Assembly (NCBI RefSeq): GCF_006345805.1
Contig: NC_043019.1
Span: 3,534,001-3,598,000, forward strand
Direction of reading: 5' to 3'
Length of the DNA stretch: 64,000 nt
Source: Octopus sinensis
Taxonomy: Eukaryota
Shown here: piece by piece, positions 38,611 to 51,540 of the stretch
Numbering within the stretch: the stretch's first letter is position 1
Layout of the letters: every line of letters starts with the position of its first letter
Notes under the pieces: generated by a model
The model's database searches: none
Told to the model about the DNA's origin: nothing
The model's input: the letters and a program-made list of their open reading frames with translations, nothing else
Translations under genes and position numbers: made by a program

Positions 38611-39586
38611 AGATACATACAAACACACACACACTCACACAGATAGATACACACAACTATGACCTTGAACCTAAATTAGAAGCCGTTATGCAAGAGTAGT
38701 GGATTAGCAAAATCGTTAGTGCGTCGACACACTACCTGTAGGTATTTTTACGGCTCGGACATTCTGAGTTCAAATCCTGCCGAAATCAACTTTACCTGCC
38801 TTATCTACACAGGTGTACCTCCTCCCAATTTCATAAAGGAATTTGTCTCGAAAATGTATTCGGAGCGCGGGAAGGAGTTTCGGCTAATTCATACCAGTCG
38901 ATTTCATTTATTTTTTTTTTTGTTAACTTTCAGAGAAATGGATATTTCATAATGGAATTTTCTACAAATACAGGCTAAAACATTTTTAAGGATTTTAAGG
39001 ATTTATACATTCCAGATGGTGTAGACTGCGATAATATCGGAATTTAATAAGAGAGAGAGAAAGAATGGTGGGCGCACACATTCATACAAGTACACACCAC
39101 AGATACATCAAAGTGAAACTTGAAATTTTGGAAAAAAATTATGCTATGTGTGTCAGTGTGCGCGGCTATCATTTCTTTTTTTAATTTTTCACATTAAATG
39201 CCGATAAAATTCTAATGTACACCAGCTGAAAGGTATTTAGAGAAAATTTCATTGAAAAATCTTCGTTTTTCTGAAAGTTATGATTGCCAATTATGAGAAA
39301 ACAAAGTCAACTTGTATTTTTATCCGAAACTCCAGCATAAACAAATTCCAATATAAACGGAACCTGCACCACCTGAAAAGATTCTGTAAAAGATAGCTTT
39401 GAAAAGAAACCTCATTTTTTGTGAAAGTCGGACGGGGTAAGGTGGGGGTCAAGTATGCCGTTTAATTTTCATACCTATACCCTTAGGGCAGTGGTTCCCA
39501 ACCAACCTGTGGTTCGCAAAGGTAATACTGGGGGGCCGCAAACTAGATTCAAAACATCATATATATATATATCTCTATATATAAAA

Positions 39587-39687
<101 letters not shown>

Positions 39688-39780
39688 TGGTGTGTGGGTT
39701 GGAGGCGCAATGGTCAGGGCAGCGTTTTCGCGGCTTCGATTCCCAGACCGGCGTTGTGAGTGTTTATCGAGCGAAAACAC

Positions 39781-39838
<58 letters not shown>

Positions 39839-40168
39839 ACCACGTGACCGACTAGGCTATCAGATGTTGCTACACATCGCCGGTCACAATGCGCTCCGCA
39901 TTATTTTAGCCTTCAAGTGACGCCATCCCGCTGGCTAAGCGAGCAGGCCAACAGAAGAAAGAGTGAGAGAAAGTTGTGGCGAAAGAGAAACAGCAGAGAT
40001 CCCCACCACCCTTTGCCGGAGCCTCGTAGAGCTTTAGGTGTTTTCGCTCAATAAACACTCACAACGCCCGGTCTGGGAATCGAAACAGTGATCCTACGAC
40101 CGCGAGTCCGCTGCCCCCTAACCACTGGGCCATTGCGCCTCCACACACACACACACACACACACGTTT

Positions 40169-40209
40169 ATCTTTCTGTCGAAGAGCGTAGGCTCGAAACG
40201 TAAAATACT
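40169..40209 (+). ncRNA. Degenerate minimal Penelope-type hammerhead motif
   Basis: atcttt-CTGTCGA-A-GAGC(GTAG)GCTC-GAAACGTA-aaatac. One core mismatch (CTGTCGA vs CTGACGA), palindromic ACGT helix III, imperfect stem I. Confidence 0.5.
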
Positions 40210-41232
40210 TTTTCTATTCCTGAGCGCTATACTAATACATTTGTTTGTTTGTACTCCACCTGCCTTCGTTTTTTGTTTATTTTCGTAAACTTTCCCGTTA
40301 CATACATACATACATACATACATACATTCATACATACATTCATACATACATACATACTTACATACATACATACATACATGCATGCATACATACATTCATA
40401 CATACATACATACATGCATGCATGCATGCATGCATACATACATACATACATTCATACATACATACATACATACATACATACATACAATAGAGGACAAAAA
40501 AGGGACAACAAAACATCCAGACAGACGATACAAAGAAAACAATGACAGAAAAGATAAAATTTCAGCTGTTAGTACTTTACATTCGAAAACGACATCGCAC
40601 TTACAGTGATTTATAAGACTTGGATGGGATACATATTTATATTAGAAATTCAAATAATAAAAAGATAATTAAAAAGATATATGATAAAAATAAGATTTAA
40701 AATGTAAGTGAACTAATAGGCGCAGGAGGGGTGTGGTAAGTAGCTTGCTAACCAGCCACTGGTTGGGTTCAGTCCCACTGCGTAGCACCTTGGGCAAGTG
40801 TCTTCTACTATAGCCCCGGGCCGACCAATGCCTTGTGAGTGGATTTGGTAGATGGAAAACTGAAGAAGCCTGTCGTATAATGTATATATTATATGTGTGT
40901 GTGGTTGTGTTTTGTCCCCTAGCATTGCTTGACATCCGATGCTAGTGTGTTTACATCCCCGTCACTTAGCGGTTCGGCAAAAGAGATCGATAGAATAAGT
41001 ACTGGGCTTACAAAGAATAAGTCCCGGGGTCGATTTCTCGACTAAAGGCGGTGCTCCAGCATGGCCACAGTCAAATGACTGAAACAAGTAAAAGAGTAAA
41101 AGAAAGAGTAATATATAGCATGAAAACCGTGTATGCGTGTGTAGATACATGTATTCGAGGGAGAATAAATAGAGTTTAGTAAAACGAGATAACAAGAAGG
41201 TAAAACTCAGTTAGAACCTACGGCCGTTTCAT

Positions 41233-41332
41233 NNNNNNNNNNNNNNNNNNNNNNNNNNNNNNNNNNNNNNNNNNNNNNNNNNNNNNNNNNNNNNNNNNNN
41301 NNNNNNNNNNNNNNNNNNNNNNNNNNNNNNNN
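41233..41332. other. Assembly gap (100 N)
   Basis: Run of exactly 100 N, typical of a placeholder of unknown size. Confidence 1.
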
Positions 41333-41645
41333 TTGTCTGTGCCTGTAGTTACTTTTTGTTACTAGTTAAAAAGAATTCTTTCTCTTTTAGTGATGTGTGT
41401 GTGTGTGTGCATATGCATGCACAGTCACAAAAGGTTTCCAAACAGTTTCCATCTACCATATTCACTCAAGGATTTTGATCAGCTTGGGGTTATAGTAGGT
41501 GCTGTGGAGTGGGACTGAACTTGAATCCACATGGTTGCAAATTAAGCTTAATTAAAAAGAATTCTTTCTCATTGCTGCATTTTGTGGAATATTTTTCACT
41601 AATTCTACTTTTTTTTTTCTCTCTCTTTTTTTATTCTATTTCCAG

Positions 41646-42830
41646 CCGCAAAGGTTTTTCCCAAATCCGTACCAGAATCAAGGTGGGAAGATGGTAGAAA
41701 TCCCAGTCAATCACGAGATGTCTTCTGCTTACACTCCTCAAGCTGGTTACAGTTCTGCTCAACCTCGACAGATTCCTGTCCACACAGTGCCAACCCCGTC
41801 AGCACATTACCAATACCGACAGCAAGCGCCACCACCGCAACCACCACAGCAGGGCGGCCACCAGTACCCTGGTGCTTCTGAGGCCCGAGAGATCCCAATT
41901 CAACACGTTGGCAGCAATTCACAACCGGCAGAGCCACCTCGGCAACATTACACAACACACTTCCAGCATACACCAGCATTCAACTACCCTCACTTTCAGG
42001 GTCAGCCACACCCTACAAATACTATGCCCCACCGTCAACCGCAGCCGCCAGCATCACCACAGCAACAACAGCAGCCACCACCAACACATCCTCAGCAGCA
42101 GCAGCAACACCCACATCCTCAGCATCAATTTAATTATCAACCTGGACAGCAACCAGCCAGTTTCCAAGGGTCATGGACCAGTAGTCCGTCTCATCAAGCT
42201 GGAGGTCAAAACGCTGGGGAACGTGTCATACCAATTGTTCGCCACACTGACAGCCCTGGCGCTGGAAGTCCGCAAACAGGGAGGAAACCGCCGACTCAGC
42301 AACCACCCACCCAAGGAGTCTACATGCAGGGTCCTCAGACATACGCCCAGCCCCATCATGAAGCAGGAAAGGAGCCTGCAGCTAAAGAAGGGTCGCCAAA
42401 GGAACACGAACTTGAAAAACCTCTTTCTCCTCTCGAGACAGTTGAAAAAATTGTTGAAGATGCTAAAGAGCTGGGACTCCAGGTGAACATGTTCAAAGGT
42501 AGCAAAAAGGACAAAAACTACAAATACCTGGAGGAGATGTTGACCAGAATGCTCTTGAAGCTGGACAACATCCAGGCCGGCTCCGACGACAGCATCCGTC
42601 AGGCTCGGAAGCACGCCGTCAACACAATCACTCAAACTTTGGACTTGCTCGAGCTGAAGGGGATGAGCGGAGAGGACAACAAGGAGAGCGAGATGCGGAG
42701 AGACGCGGACAGAACCGAAAGCGCTGCCCCTCCCACAGACGGTAACGTTCCGGAAAAGTCTGGCTCCAGTGAGAAGAAGGAACCTGGTTGCGTCCGAGAG
42801 ATGATGCTAGATAGTGAAGTTGCTTGCTAA
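41646..42830 (+). CDS. BAG3: BAG-domain co-chaperone, BAG3/starvin-like, terminal coding exon
   Basis: Strong acceptor (long pyrimidine tract, ttccag) 45 nt upstream of and in frame with ATG 41691. P/Q-rich region with IPV/IPI motifs. C-terminal BAG domain (KNYKYLEEMLTRMLLKLDNIQAG...RQARKHAVNTIT). Orthology to BAG3 rather than BAG4 is inferred from the IPV motifs. Confidence 0.9.
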   Translation, partial: PQRFFPNPYQNQGGKMVEIPVNHEMSSAYTPQAGYSSAQPRQIPVHTVPTPSAHYQYRQQAPPPQPPQQGGHQYPGASEAREIPIQHVGSNSQPAEPPRQHYTTHFQHTPAFNYPHFQGQPHPTNTMPHRQPQPPASPQQQQQPPPTHPQQQQQHPHPQHQFNYQPGQQPASFQGSWTSSPSHQAGGQNAGERVIPIVRHTDSPGAGSPQTGRKPPTQQPPTQGVYMQGPQTYAQPHHEAGKEPAAKEGSPKEHELEKPLSPLETVEKIVEDAKELGLQVNMFKGSKKDKNYKYLEEMLTRMLLKLDNIQAGSDDSIRQARKHAVNTITQTLDLLELKGMSGEDNKESEMRRDADRTESAAPPTDGNVPEKSGSSEKKEPGCVREMMLDSEVAC

Positions 42831-42920
42831 CTACTGTTGTACATGTTGTCGGCAGCACTATAGCATGGCATGTATTCCTTGTTAAATTCTTACTTTGTGA
42901 TATTTAAATATTTAAAAGGA

Positions 42921-42966
<46 letters not shown>

Positions 42967-42971
42967 TCTTT

Positions 42972-43541
42972 AGGCGGCGAGCTGGCTGAAACATTTACCA
43001 TGCCACACAAAATGCTTGGCAGTACTTCTTTCTCCGGGCTTTTTGGTCTGAGTTCAAATACTGCCAAGGTTGACTTACCCTGTCGTCCTCTCAGGGGTGG
43101 GGGTCTAATGAAATAAGTACCAGTCAAACACCGGGGTCAATGATATTGATTTACCCTTTCCCCCCAAAAAAATGCTGGCCTTGTGCCAAAATTTGAAACC
43201 ATTATTATTATTACCATCATTATTATTATTATTATGATTATTATTATTATTATTATTTGTTATTGGTATTATTTGTTATTAATATTTTTATTGTCATTAT
43301 TATTATTAGTAGTAGTAGTATTAGTATTTAGTAGTAGTAGTATTATTATTAGTGTGGTTTTTTGAGGGAGATGGATTAGCAAAATTGTTAGAGCAACGGA
43401 CAAAATGCTTTGTGGTATTCCTTCTGGCTCTTTAGATTCAGGTTTCAAATCCCACCAGGATCAGTCAAATATTAGGGCCAATTTAATTGACTGATCCCCG
43501 CTTCCTCACCCAAATTTCAGGCCTTGTGCTTCTGTTAGAAA

Positions 43542-43589
<48 letters not shown>

Positions 43590-44225
43590 GGTGGTGAGCT
43601 GGCAGAATTGTTAGCATGGTGGACAAAATGCGTGGTGAAATTTTGTCTGTCTTCACGTTCTGAGTTCAAATGCCGCCGGGGGTTGACATTGCCTGTCATC
43701 CTTTCGGGGTTGATAAAATAAGTACCAGTTAAGTACTGGGGGGGTTGATGTAATCGACTTATCACCTCCCCCTCCCCCAAATTAAGGCAATGGATTGACA
43801 GAATTTTTACCATGCCTAAGAGAACACTCGGTGGTATTTGAGTTCAAATGCTGTTGAGGGTTGGCTTTCCTTTTTATCCTTTCATGGTTGATAAAATATG
43901 TACCAGTTAAGTACTGGGGTTGATGAAAATGACTAACCTCACTTTCCCCAAAAATTCAGGCCTTTTGGTAGAAAAAATTACTATTATTGTTAAGGCGTAA
44001 AAGATGAAGGTCGCAAGTTGGCGGAATTGTTAGCATGCCAGGCATATCGCTTTGCAACATTTTGTCCGTTTTTTACATTCTGAGTTTGAATTCCACCGAG
44101 GTCAACTTTGCCTTTCATCCTTTCAGGGTCAGTAAAATAAGTACCAGTTGTGCACTGGGGGTTGATGTAATCACTTTGCCCTAAGCCTCCCCTGAAAATC
44201 TAGGCCTTGTGCCAAAATTTGACAC
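42972..44225 (+). mobile_element. Chain of five same-orientation family-B variants separated mostly by (ATT)n
   Basis: Copies at about 42972, 43370, 43588, 43790 and 44000, ending in ...ggccttgtgcc...attattatt. Confidence 0.7.
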
Positions 44226-44629
44226 CGTATTAGGGGAGTTTGTTTGGCACAGATGGTAGGGAATTAGGCTCAATCTGGTTTTGTAACCCACACATGAAAG
44301 TCAATCTACCATTGGATTCAGTTGGCCCTTCATCGACCCCCACTGTGTATATTATATTATAGGCACCATATATACCAAGGCTGATGCATTCAACTGTATT
44401 ACCCACTTTAAATGAACATTAAACTTCATGTCTGTTCAAAAATTAATTATCATTCGATATTAGTTACTAATTATTAATTATATTATGCTATTAACACATG
44501 TATGTTTAAATAAATAGACATTGAGCATAGCTGTTGTTTCTTTTTTACTGTACAGAACAGAATGTATAGTATGCAAATTAATCGCTCCCATTCTCCGAAG
44601 CTACTGGATTTGTTGTGTATATAAACAGA

Positions 44630-44734
44630 TTAGCTACTCATTTCTCTGGGATTGGCCAAGTGATGCAACAACCTCTGATGTAGAGTCCAATACGGTCTGA
44701 AAATTGACGTAGGCTGCTCGTCATTTTCTTCAAT
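44630..44734 (-). CDS. Candidate terminal exon of an unidentified gene
   Basis: Strong acceptor ttatttctctgcag in unique sequence. Phase-0 frame IEENDEQPTSIFRPYWTLHQRLLHHLANPREMSS*; a phase-2 frame RLKKMTSSLRQFSDRIGLYIRGCCITWPIPEK* is also open. No homolog recognised. Confidence 0.4.
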   Translation of the reverse strand: MEENDEQPTSIFRPYWTLHQRLLHHLANPREMSS

Positions 44735-44797
44735 CTGCAGAGAAATAATTAAATTTGGCCATGTTTGTATGACCACTATGTAGGTTTACACATAGGC

Positions 44798-44852
<55 letters not shown>

Positions 44853-45506
44853 TATGCCTATCTTTATTGTATACTCTTAGTATTTGAGTGGATGTATAAA
44901 AGTTATGAGTGTGTATATTATATATATATATGTATAATATTTTAACCAACAATATTTTTAAAGAAAAAGCCACAAAGGGTGCCCCATCCTTCAATGTTTT
45001 TCCTTTTCTTATATCTGTCAGCAGACTAAATATTACTACTAATTCATGCACTTCTGGAGTGGAAGAGGGAACAGCATGCACACCACTACTTCACTGAAAA
45101 GCTGGCAGTGTTTGCAATATTTTCAAACACTCTCTCTTCCCCTTACAACTACAGTCCACTGTGTGTGTGTTTGTGTATGTGTTTGAGTGTGGTATACATA
45201 TATTAGAAGGCGGCGAGCTGGCAGAAATGTTAGCACACCGGGCGAAATGCTTAGCGGTATTTCGTCTGCCATTACGTTCTGAGTTCAAATTCCGCTGAGG
45301 TCAACTTTGCCATTTGTCCTGTAATCAGCTACACTCGACAACCACACTCAAAACTCTAATATTCCACTCATATACCTGACTCACCTATGTCCTCTGCACC
45401 AATCAACACTCCACTCTCCTTCTCTTTCTCTCTCACTCAATGAAATTAGCTGAAACCTACCACCCCTATTCACCACTCCCTCTCCTAGTCTCAGGTTTGT
45501 TCAAAT

Positions 45507-45960
45507 GGGTCACTTTGGTCGGGTCGGGGTCGTTGCTCTACTACCCCCCCCCCTGCTCCACACTAGCTCAGTCCACTTGGATGCCAGAGGGGCCCCTACT
45601 CAGCTTGCCACTGTTGCAAAAGTTGGGGGAAACCCTGCAAATTAACGAGCGTTCGTTTCGTTAGCTCATAAGTCGTGGTTTCAGGCCTGTCCTGCACCCA
45701 CCACCCCCTCATACACCCTACATCACCCAGGGTCACTTCGGTCGGGTCGTTGCTCTAGCCCCCCCCCACCACCACCACTCCACTCCACACTAGCTCAGTC
45801 CACTTGGATGCCAGAGGGACCTACTCAGCTTGCCACCGTTGCAAAAGTTGGGGGAAAAACCCTGCAAATTAACGAGTGTTCTTCATTTCGTTAACTCATA
45901 AGTCGTGGTTTCAGGCCTGTCCTGCATCTACCCCGCCTCATCCACCCTGCATCACCCACC
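45507..45960. repeat. Tandem duplication of a ~225-bp unit
   Basis: Units start GGGTCACTT(T/C)GGTCGGGTCG at about 45507 and 45730. Confidence 0.85.
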
Positions 45961-48243
45961 CACCCCACTCTCACACGAAGTCTAAGATGCTAAAGTGCCG
46001 GAAGCAATTGCCGTTAGATTGGGTGAGTGACTGAGATTTAAAATCTGTAAAACAGCTGCCTTTCTTGTAACAAAGAATGAATGGAAAATGAAATATATAA
46101 ATATTAATAATAACAACAACAATAATCTTCTAATAATAATAATAATAATAATAATAATTCTCTTATCAATGTCCAGCTTCTAAATTTTTTTAATCATATT
46201 TAGTTAAATTTTTTATAAATTTCTGCAAGTTTTATTTTATATTATTTTTTTATATCTTGTATTATTATTATTATTATAATTTTTTTACTTTTTTTTTTTC
46301 TTGAATTTTAATTTCCAACTTGGTGGTGTGCAGTCGGGCTTCTTCCCCTATGCTGCACCCCCGACACTTACTCCCCCATCCACCCACCCACCCACCCACC
46401 TACCCACCCTTCTGTTTGTCTGATGTTCACTCCTGGCTTCTCATAAATGCACACACACATACACACACATACACACACACACACACACACACAAACGCAA
46501 CACACACACATACACGCACACTTTGCTACTTAGAGAAAGATCACAACTTCGACACTTGTCGAAATGTTTATATTTCCACAAAAATTGAATTTAGTTTGTA
46601 AAAAATTTTTTTTATCACTTAGGTCTCTAAACCCCCCCCCCCAATCCTGTTCCCGCTCCCCTGTGCAACAGAAACTCTTACTAGAATTATTATTATTATT
46701 ATTATCATTAATAATAATAATAATAATGATAATTTTAAATAGGCTACATCAAGGTCTCAACAGTACTTGACATTTTCTTATCTAAAATCCCACCCAGTTA
46801 TTTGAAAACCTATAAATGATATATGTATGTTTGCCTATGTGTATGTATAGTATATATATATATATATGTAATATAAATATTACTTGCTATACACATACAC
46901 CATATATATATATTTTTTCAGTCTGAATAAAAATGTTTTAAAAAGAGCATAATTTGTTTTTTGTTTTTGGTTTTTTCTTTTACTTCTTTTCTTCAGTCAT
47001 TTGACTGCGGCCATGCTGGAGCACCGCAAATCAAACCCCGGACTTATTCTTGTAAGCCCAGTACTTATTCTATCGGTTTCTCTTTTGCCGAACTGCTAAG
47101 TGACGGGGACGTAAACACACCAGCATTGGTGTCAAGCAATGCTAGGGGAACAAACACACCACACACACACATACACATATATATATATATATATATAATA
47201 TATATATATATACATATATACGACAGGCTTCTTCAGTTTTCCGTCTACCAAATCCACTCACAAGGCATTGGTCGGCCCGGTGCTATAGTAGAAGACACCT
47301 GCCCAAGATGCCACGCAGTGGGACTGAACTGTTTGTTTAATTATTTATCAAAATATGTACCTTTTCCTTCTTTGGACACTAAAACTCTGCTTGCGAAGAC
47401 CTGTTGAGGCAAGTGAAATCAAAATCAAAATCAAATTCGATGACTGGCATCTGTGCTAGCGAGGTGCAAAGAGCACCATACGAGTGTGATCATTGACAGA
47501 GCGGCTGACCGGCTTCCATGCCAGTGGCACTTAAAAGGCACCATTCGAGCGTGATCGTTACCAGCGTCGCCTTACTGGCACTCAAGCCCTGTGCTAGTAG
47601 TGTATTAAGAGCACCATCCGAACGTGATCGTTGCCAGAGCGGCTATCTGGCATCCGTGCCGGTGGCACGTAATAGACACCATTCAAGCATGATCATTACC
47701 AGCATCACCTTACTGGCACCTGTGCCGGTGACATGTGTAAAAAAATTCAAGCGAGGTCGTTGCCAGTACCTATTTCTTTATTACCCACAAGGGGCTAAAC
47801 ACAGAGGGGAAAAACAAGGACAGACATAGGTATTAAGTCGATTACATCGACCCCAGTGCGTAACTGGTACTTAATTTATTGACCCCGAAAGGATGAAAGG
47901 CAAAGTCGACCTCGGTGGAATTTGAACTCACAACGTAACGCAGACGAAATACCGCTAAGCATTTCACCCGGCGTGCTAACGTTTCTGCCAGTTCGCCGCC
48001 TTAACTGACCCCATGCCAGTACCACCTGACTGACCCCATGCCGGTGGCACGTAAAAGCACCCACTACACTCTCGTAGTGGTTGGCGTTAGGAAGGGCATC
48101 CAGCTGTAGAAACTCTGCCAGATCAAGATTGAAGCCTGGTGCAGCCATCTGGTTCCCCAGCCCTCAGTCATTCGTCCAACCCATGCTAGCATGGAAAGCG
48201 GATGTTAAACGATGATGATGTATTACCATTGATGAAAACCTAC

Positions 48244-48365
48244 CTGTTTTTTGAATTCCTTGCAGTACATGGGGCATTGTTTATCGCCATTTCATTCATT
48301 ACAGGTACTGGATGATTTCACAGCACCCTCAATTGGGTACCATGTTATGCTTGTTGTGGATTGAT
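48244..48365 (-). CDS. Candidate exon of an unidentified gene (contains in-frame TGA)
   Basis: Acceptor attatcacag, donor CAG|GTAGGT, 122 bp. All three frames contain a stop; the best frame reads QSTTSITWYPIEGAVKSSSTCNE*NGDKQCPMYCKEFKKQ. Confidence 0.4.
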
Positions 48366-49099
48366 CTGTGATAATGCAGGTTGACAATCAGTCAATGATT
48401 CTGCTTATTATTTGATATGTGGCCTTCTCAAGTCTAGCTAGGCTCATGGGCCCAGTTTCCCGGTTTCTGTGGCGTATGTGTTCCCCCTCAGCTGGACGGG
48501 ACGCCAGTCCAACTCCGCGTTACTCAAAAAACAGGAAGAGAGAGTGAGAGAAAGTCGGGGTGAAGGAGTACAATAGGGGTCACCAACACCCCTGCTGGAG
48601 CCTTGTGGAGCTTTTTTTTTTTGCTTAATAAACACACACAATGCCTGGTCTGGGAATCGAAACCACGATCCTCTGACCGCGAGTCCGCTGTCCTAACCAC
48701 TGGGCCATTGCGTCTCCACAAATAAATGCACCATTTTCAAGCCTAGCAAGGCTCATGGGTCCGGTTTCTGTGGCGTATGGGGTCCCCCAGCTGGACTGGA
48801 CGCCAGTCCATAACAGAGTTACTCAAGAAACAGGAAGAAAGAGTGAGAGAAAGTTGGGGCGAAAGAGTACAACAGGGGTCACCACCACACCCTGCCGGGG
48901 CCTCATGGAGCTTTAGGTGTTTTTGCTCAATAAACACACACAATGCCCGGTCTGGGAATCGAAACCGTGAGTCCGCTGCCCTAACCACTGGGCCATTTGC
49001 ACCTCCATATATATATATATATATATATATAAATATATATACATATATATATATATACATACATGTGTGTGTGTGTTGGAGATCATTTTCCTCTGCCTA

Positions 49100-49385
49100 G
49101 CTGAAGATTCGAAACCGAATCCACACACCCATTGCTTGTCATATGAATGTCTGGTCCTTTGTGCTTTATCTCTGTGTTGGGAGAGCAAGGAGAAACACCT
49201 GACCTCCGAAGGCTTTTGGTGGTCATGGAAAGGTCAAACCGTTGTTTTAGGTTTGACCTACTTCCTGGCCATACCTTAAATGATCGATTGAAGGATTCAC
49301 TTCTCCCTCTTTGGTTTTCAACTGGACAACTGAGAACATCTCTCTCTCTTTCTCTGTTCAATTTCCAACCATCTAACCAAGAACT
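49100..49385 (-). CDS. Candidate exon of an unidentified gene (S/R-rich)
   Basis: Unique non-repeat sequence, open for about 95 codons (SWLDGWKLNRERERDVLSCPVENQRGRSESFNRSFKVWPG...). Pyrimidine-rich acceptor gtccctttccattcag nearby. Donor uncertain (possible GC donor TAG|GCAGAG). Confidence 0.35.
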
Positions 49386-49875
49386 TCAACTGAATGGAAA
49401 GGGACAACACAGTTTGTATCCTTTCTTACTCTTTGTCAGCAGGAGTGGCTGTGTGGTAAGTAGCTTGCTAACCAACCACATGGTTCTGGGTTCAATCCCA
49501 CTGCGTGGCATCTTGGGCAAGTGTCTTCTGCTATAGCCCCGGGCCAACCAATGCCTTGTGAGTGGATTTGGTAGACGGAAACTGAAAGAAGCCTGTCGTA
49601 TATATGTATATATATATGTATGTATGTATGTATGTGTTTGTGTGTCTGTGTTTGTCCCACAAGCATCGCTTGACAACCGATGCTGGTGTGTTTACGTCCC
49701 CGTTACTTAGCGGTTCGGCAAAAGAGACCGATAGAATAAGTACTGGGCTTACAAAGAATAAGTCCCGGGGTCGATTTGCTCGACTAAAGGCGGTGCTCCA
49801 GCATGGCCGGAGTCAAATGACTGAAACAAGTAAAAGAGAAAGAGAAAGAGAGACCATACTTGGCTTCCAATACAC

Positions 49876-50595
49876 ATCATCATCATCATCATCATTGTTC
49901 GACCGTGGTCGAGACAATGGAACTTACTATGTTACGCCAGACTTCACGGTCCATCATAACACTACAGAGGTCCTGTTGCTGGATGCTTGTATCCCTGGAG
50001 ATTACATCAGAGTAGGAGAGTGTGCACCCTCTGGTATCGCGAGCAGACGGCTTCCAGAGAAGAAGAGTAGAAATTGCCTTGTTTTCAGCTCTACAACAAT
50101 GTCCAGCAAACTGGACTCTTCTACCTTTCACAAGAGATGATACAGGTGGTAGTTTCCCATATATTTGCATTTTGGTTGGATGACACCTCCACAAGAGATT
50201 TTGAGCTCTCATAAGGAGACGAGTGTAAGTTCCATCCAACCGTTTGAGAGGTGGTTGGATGGAACTTACACTCGCCTCATACATACATACATACAGCATC
50301 ATCATTGCTCGATCGTGGTCAAGACAATGGAACTCACTATGTTACGCCAGACCTCACGGTCCATCATAGCATTATGGAGGTCCTATTGCTGGATGCTTGT
50401 ATCCCTGGAGATTACATCAGAGTAGGAGAGTGTGCGCCCTCTGGTATCGCAAGCAGATGGCTTCCAGAAGAGAAGAGTAGAAATTACCTCGTTTTCAGCT
50501 CTACAACAATGTCCAGCAAACTGGACTCTCCTACCTTTCACAAGAGATGATACAGGTGGTAGTTTCCCATATAGTTGTACCTTGGTTGGATGCAA
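49876..50595 (-). mobile_element. Two adjacent RTE-clade LINE 3' fragments
   Basis: About 49876-50280 and 50296-50595; same family as 6273 and 28734; (GAT)n tails. Confidence 0.8.
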
Positions 50596-51485
50596 GCAAC
50601 ACACATTTTTGGTGTGTATATTTATATTTTTGTATGTATATGTCACATATGTGGAGGCGCAATGGACTAAGTGGTTAGGGCAGCAGACTCGCGGTCGCAG
50701 GATTCGCGGTTTCGATCGATTCCAGACCGGGCGTTGTGTGTGTTTATTGAGCGAAAACACCTAAAAGCTCCACGAGGCTCCGGCAGGGGGTGGTGATCCC
50801 TGCTGTACTCTTTCACACACACTTTTCTTCTGTTGGCCTGCTCGCTTAGCCAGCGGGGTGGCGTCCTTCGAAGGCTAAAACAATGCGAATGCATTGTGAC
50901 CAGCGATGTGTTACAACATCTGATGGTCTGGTCGGTCACGTGATCACATGATATTGTCACATATACACAATTACTGCCGTGTCTATGTCACTAACTACGG
51001 CTGACAAATAAAGTCTGTGAATATTATTCTTTTCTCTTTGATGTTGTTATCATACTGTGTCGTTCTACTTTCGACCATCTACATAGAGTGATACTGACGT
51101 GGTACAAGAATCGCTGATTCTACATCAAGTAACTTTTCATCTGTATGCTACATCTGTGACTCTGACATGAGAACCACACCCACACAATATATATATATAC
51201 TCTTTTACTTGTTTCAGTCATTTGACTGCGGCCATGCTGGAGCACCGCCTTTAGTCGAGCAAATCAACCCCAGGACTTATTCTTTGTAAGCCCAGTACTT
51301 ATTCTATCGTCTCTTTTGCCGAACCGCTAAGTGACGGGTACATACCACACCAGCATCGGTTGTCAAGCAATGCTAGGGGGATAAACACAGACACACAACA
51401 TACACACACACATATACACACATACATATATACGACGGGCTTCTTTCAGTTTCCGTCTACCAAAGCCACTCACAAGCGTGTCATA

Positions 51486-51540
<55 letters not shown>

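Noticed and set aside
41707-42858. Overlapping alternative-frame and antisense ORFs (204, 154, 90, 76 aa)
   Set aside because: By-products of the GC-rich BAG exon.
44200-44630. SECIS candidates (ATGA...AA...GA) on the minus strand
   Set aside because: Helix II pairing is poor in both candidates examined by eye.
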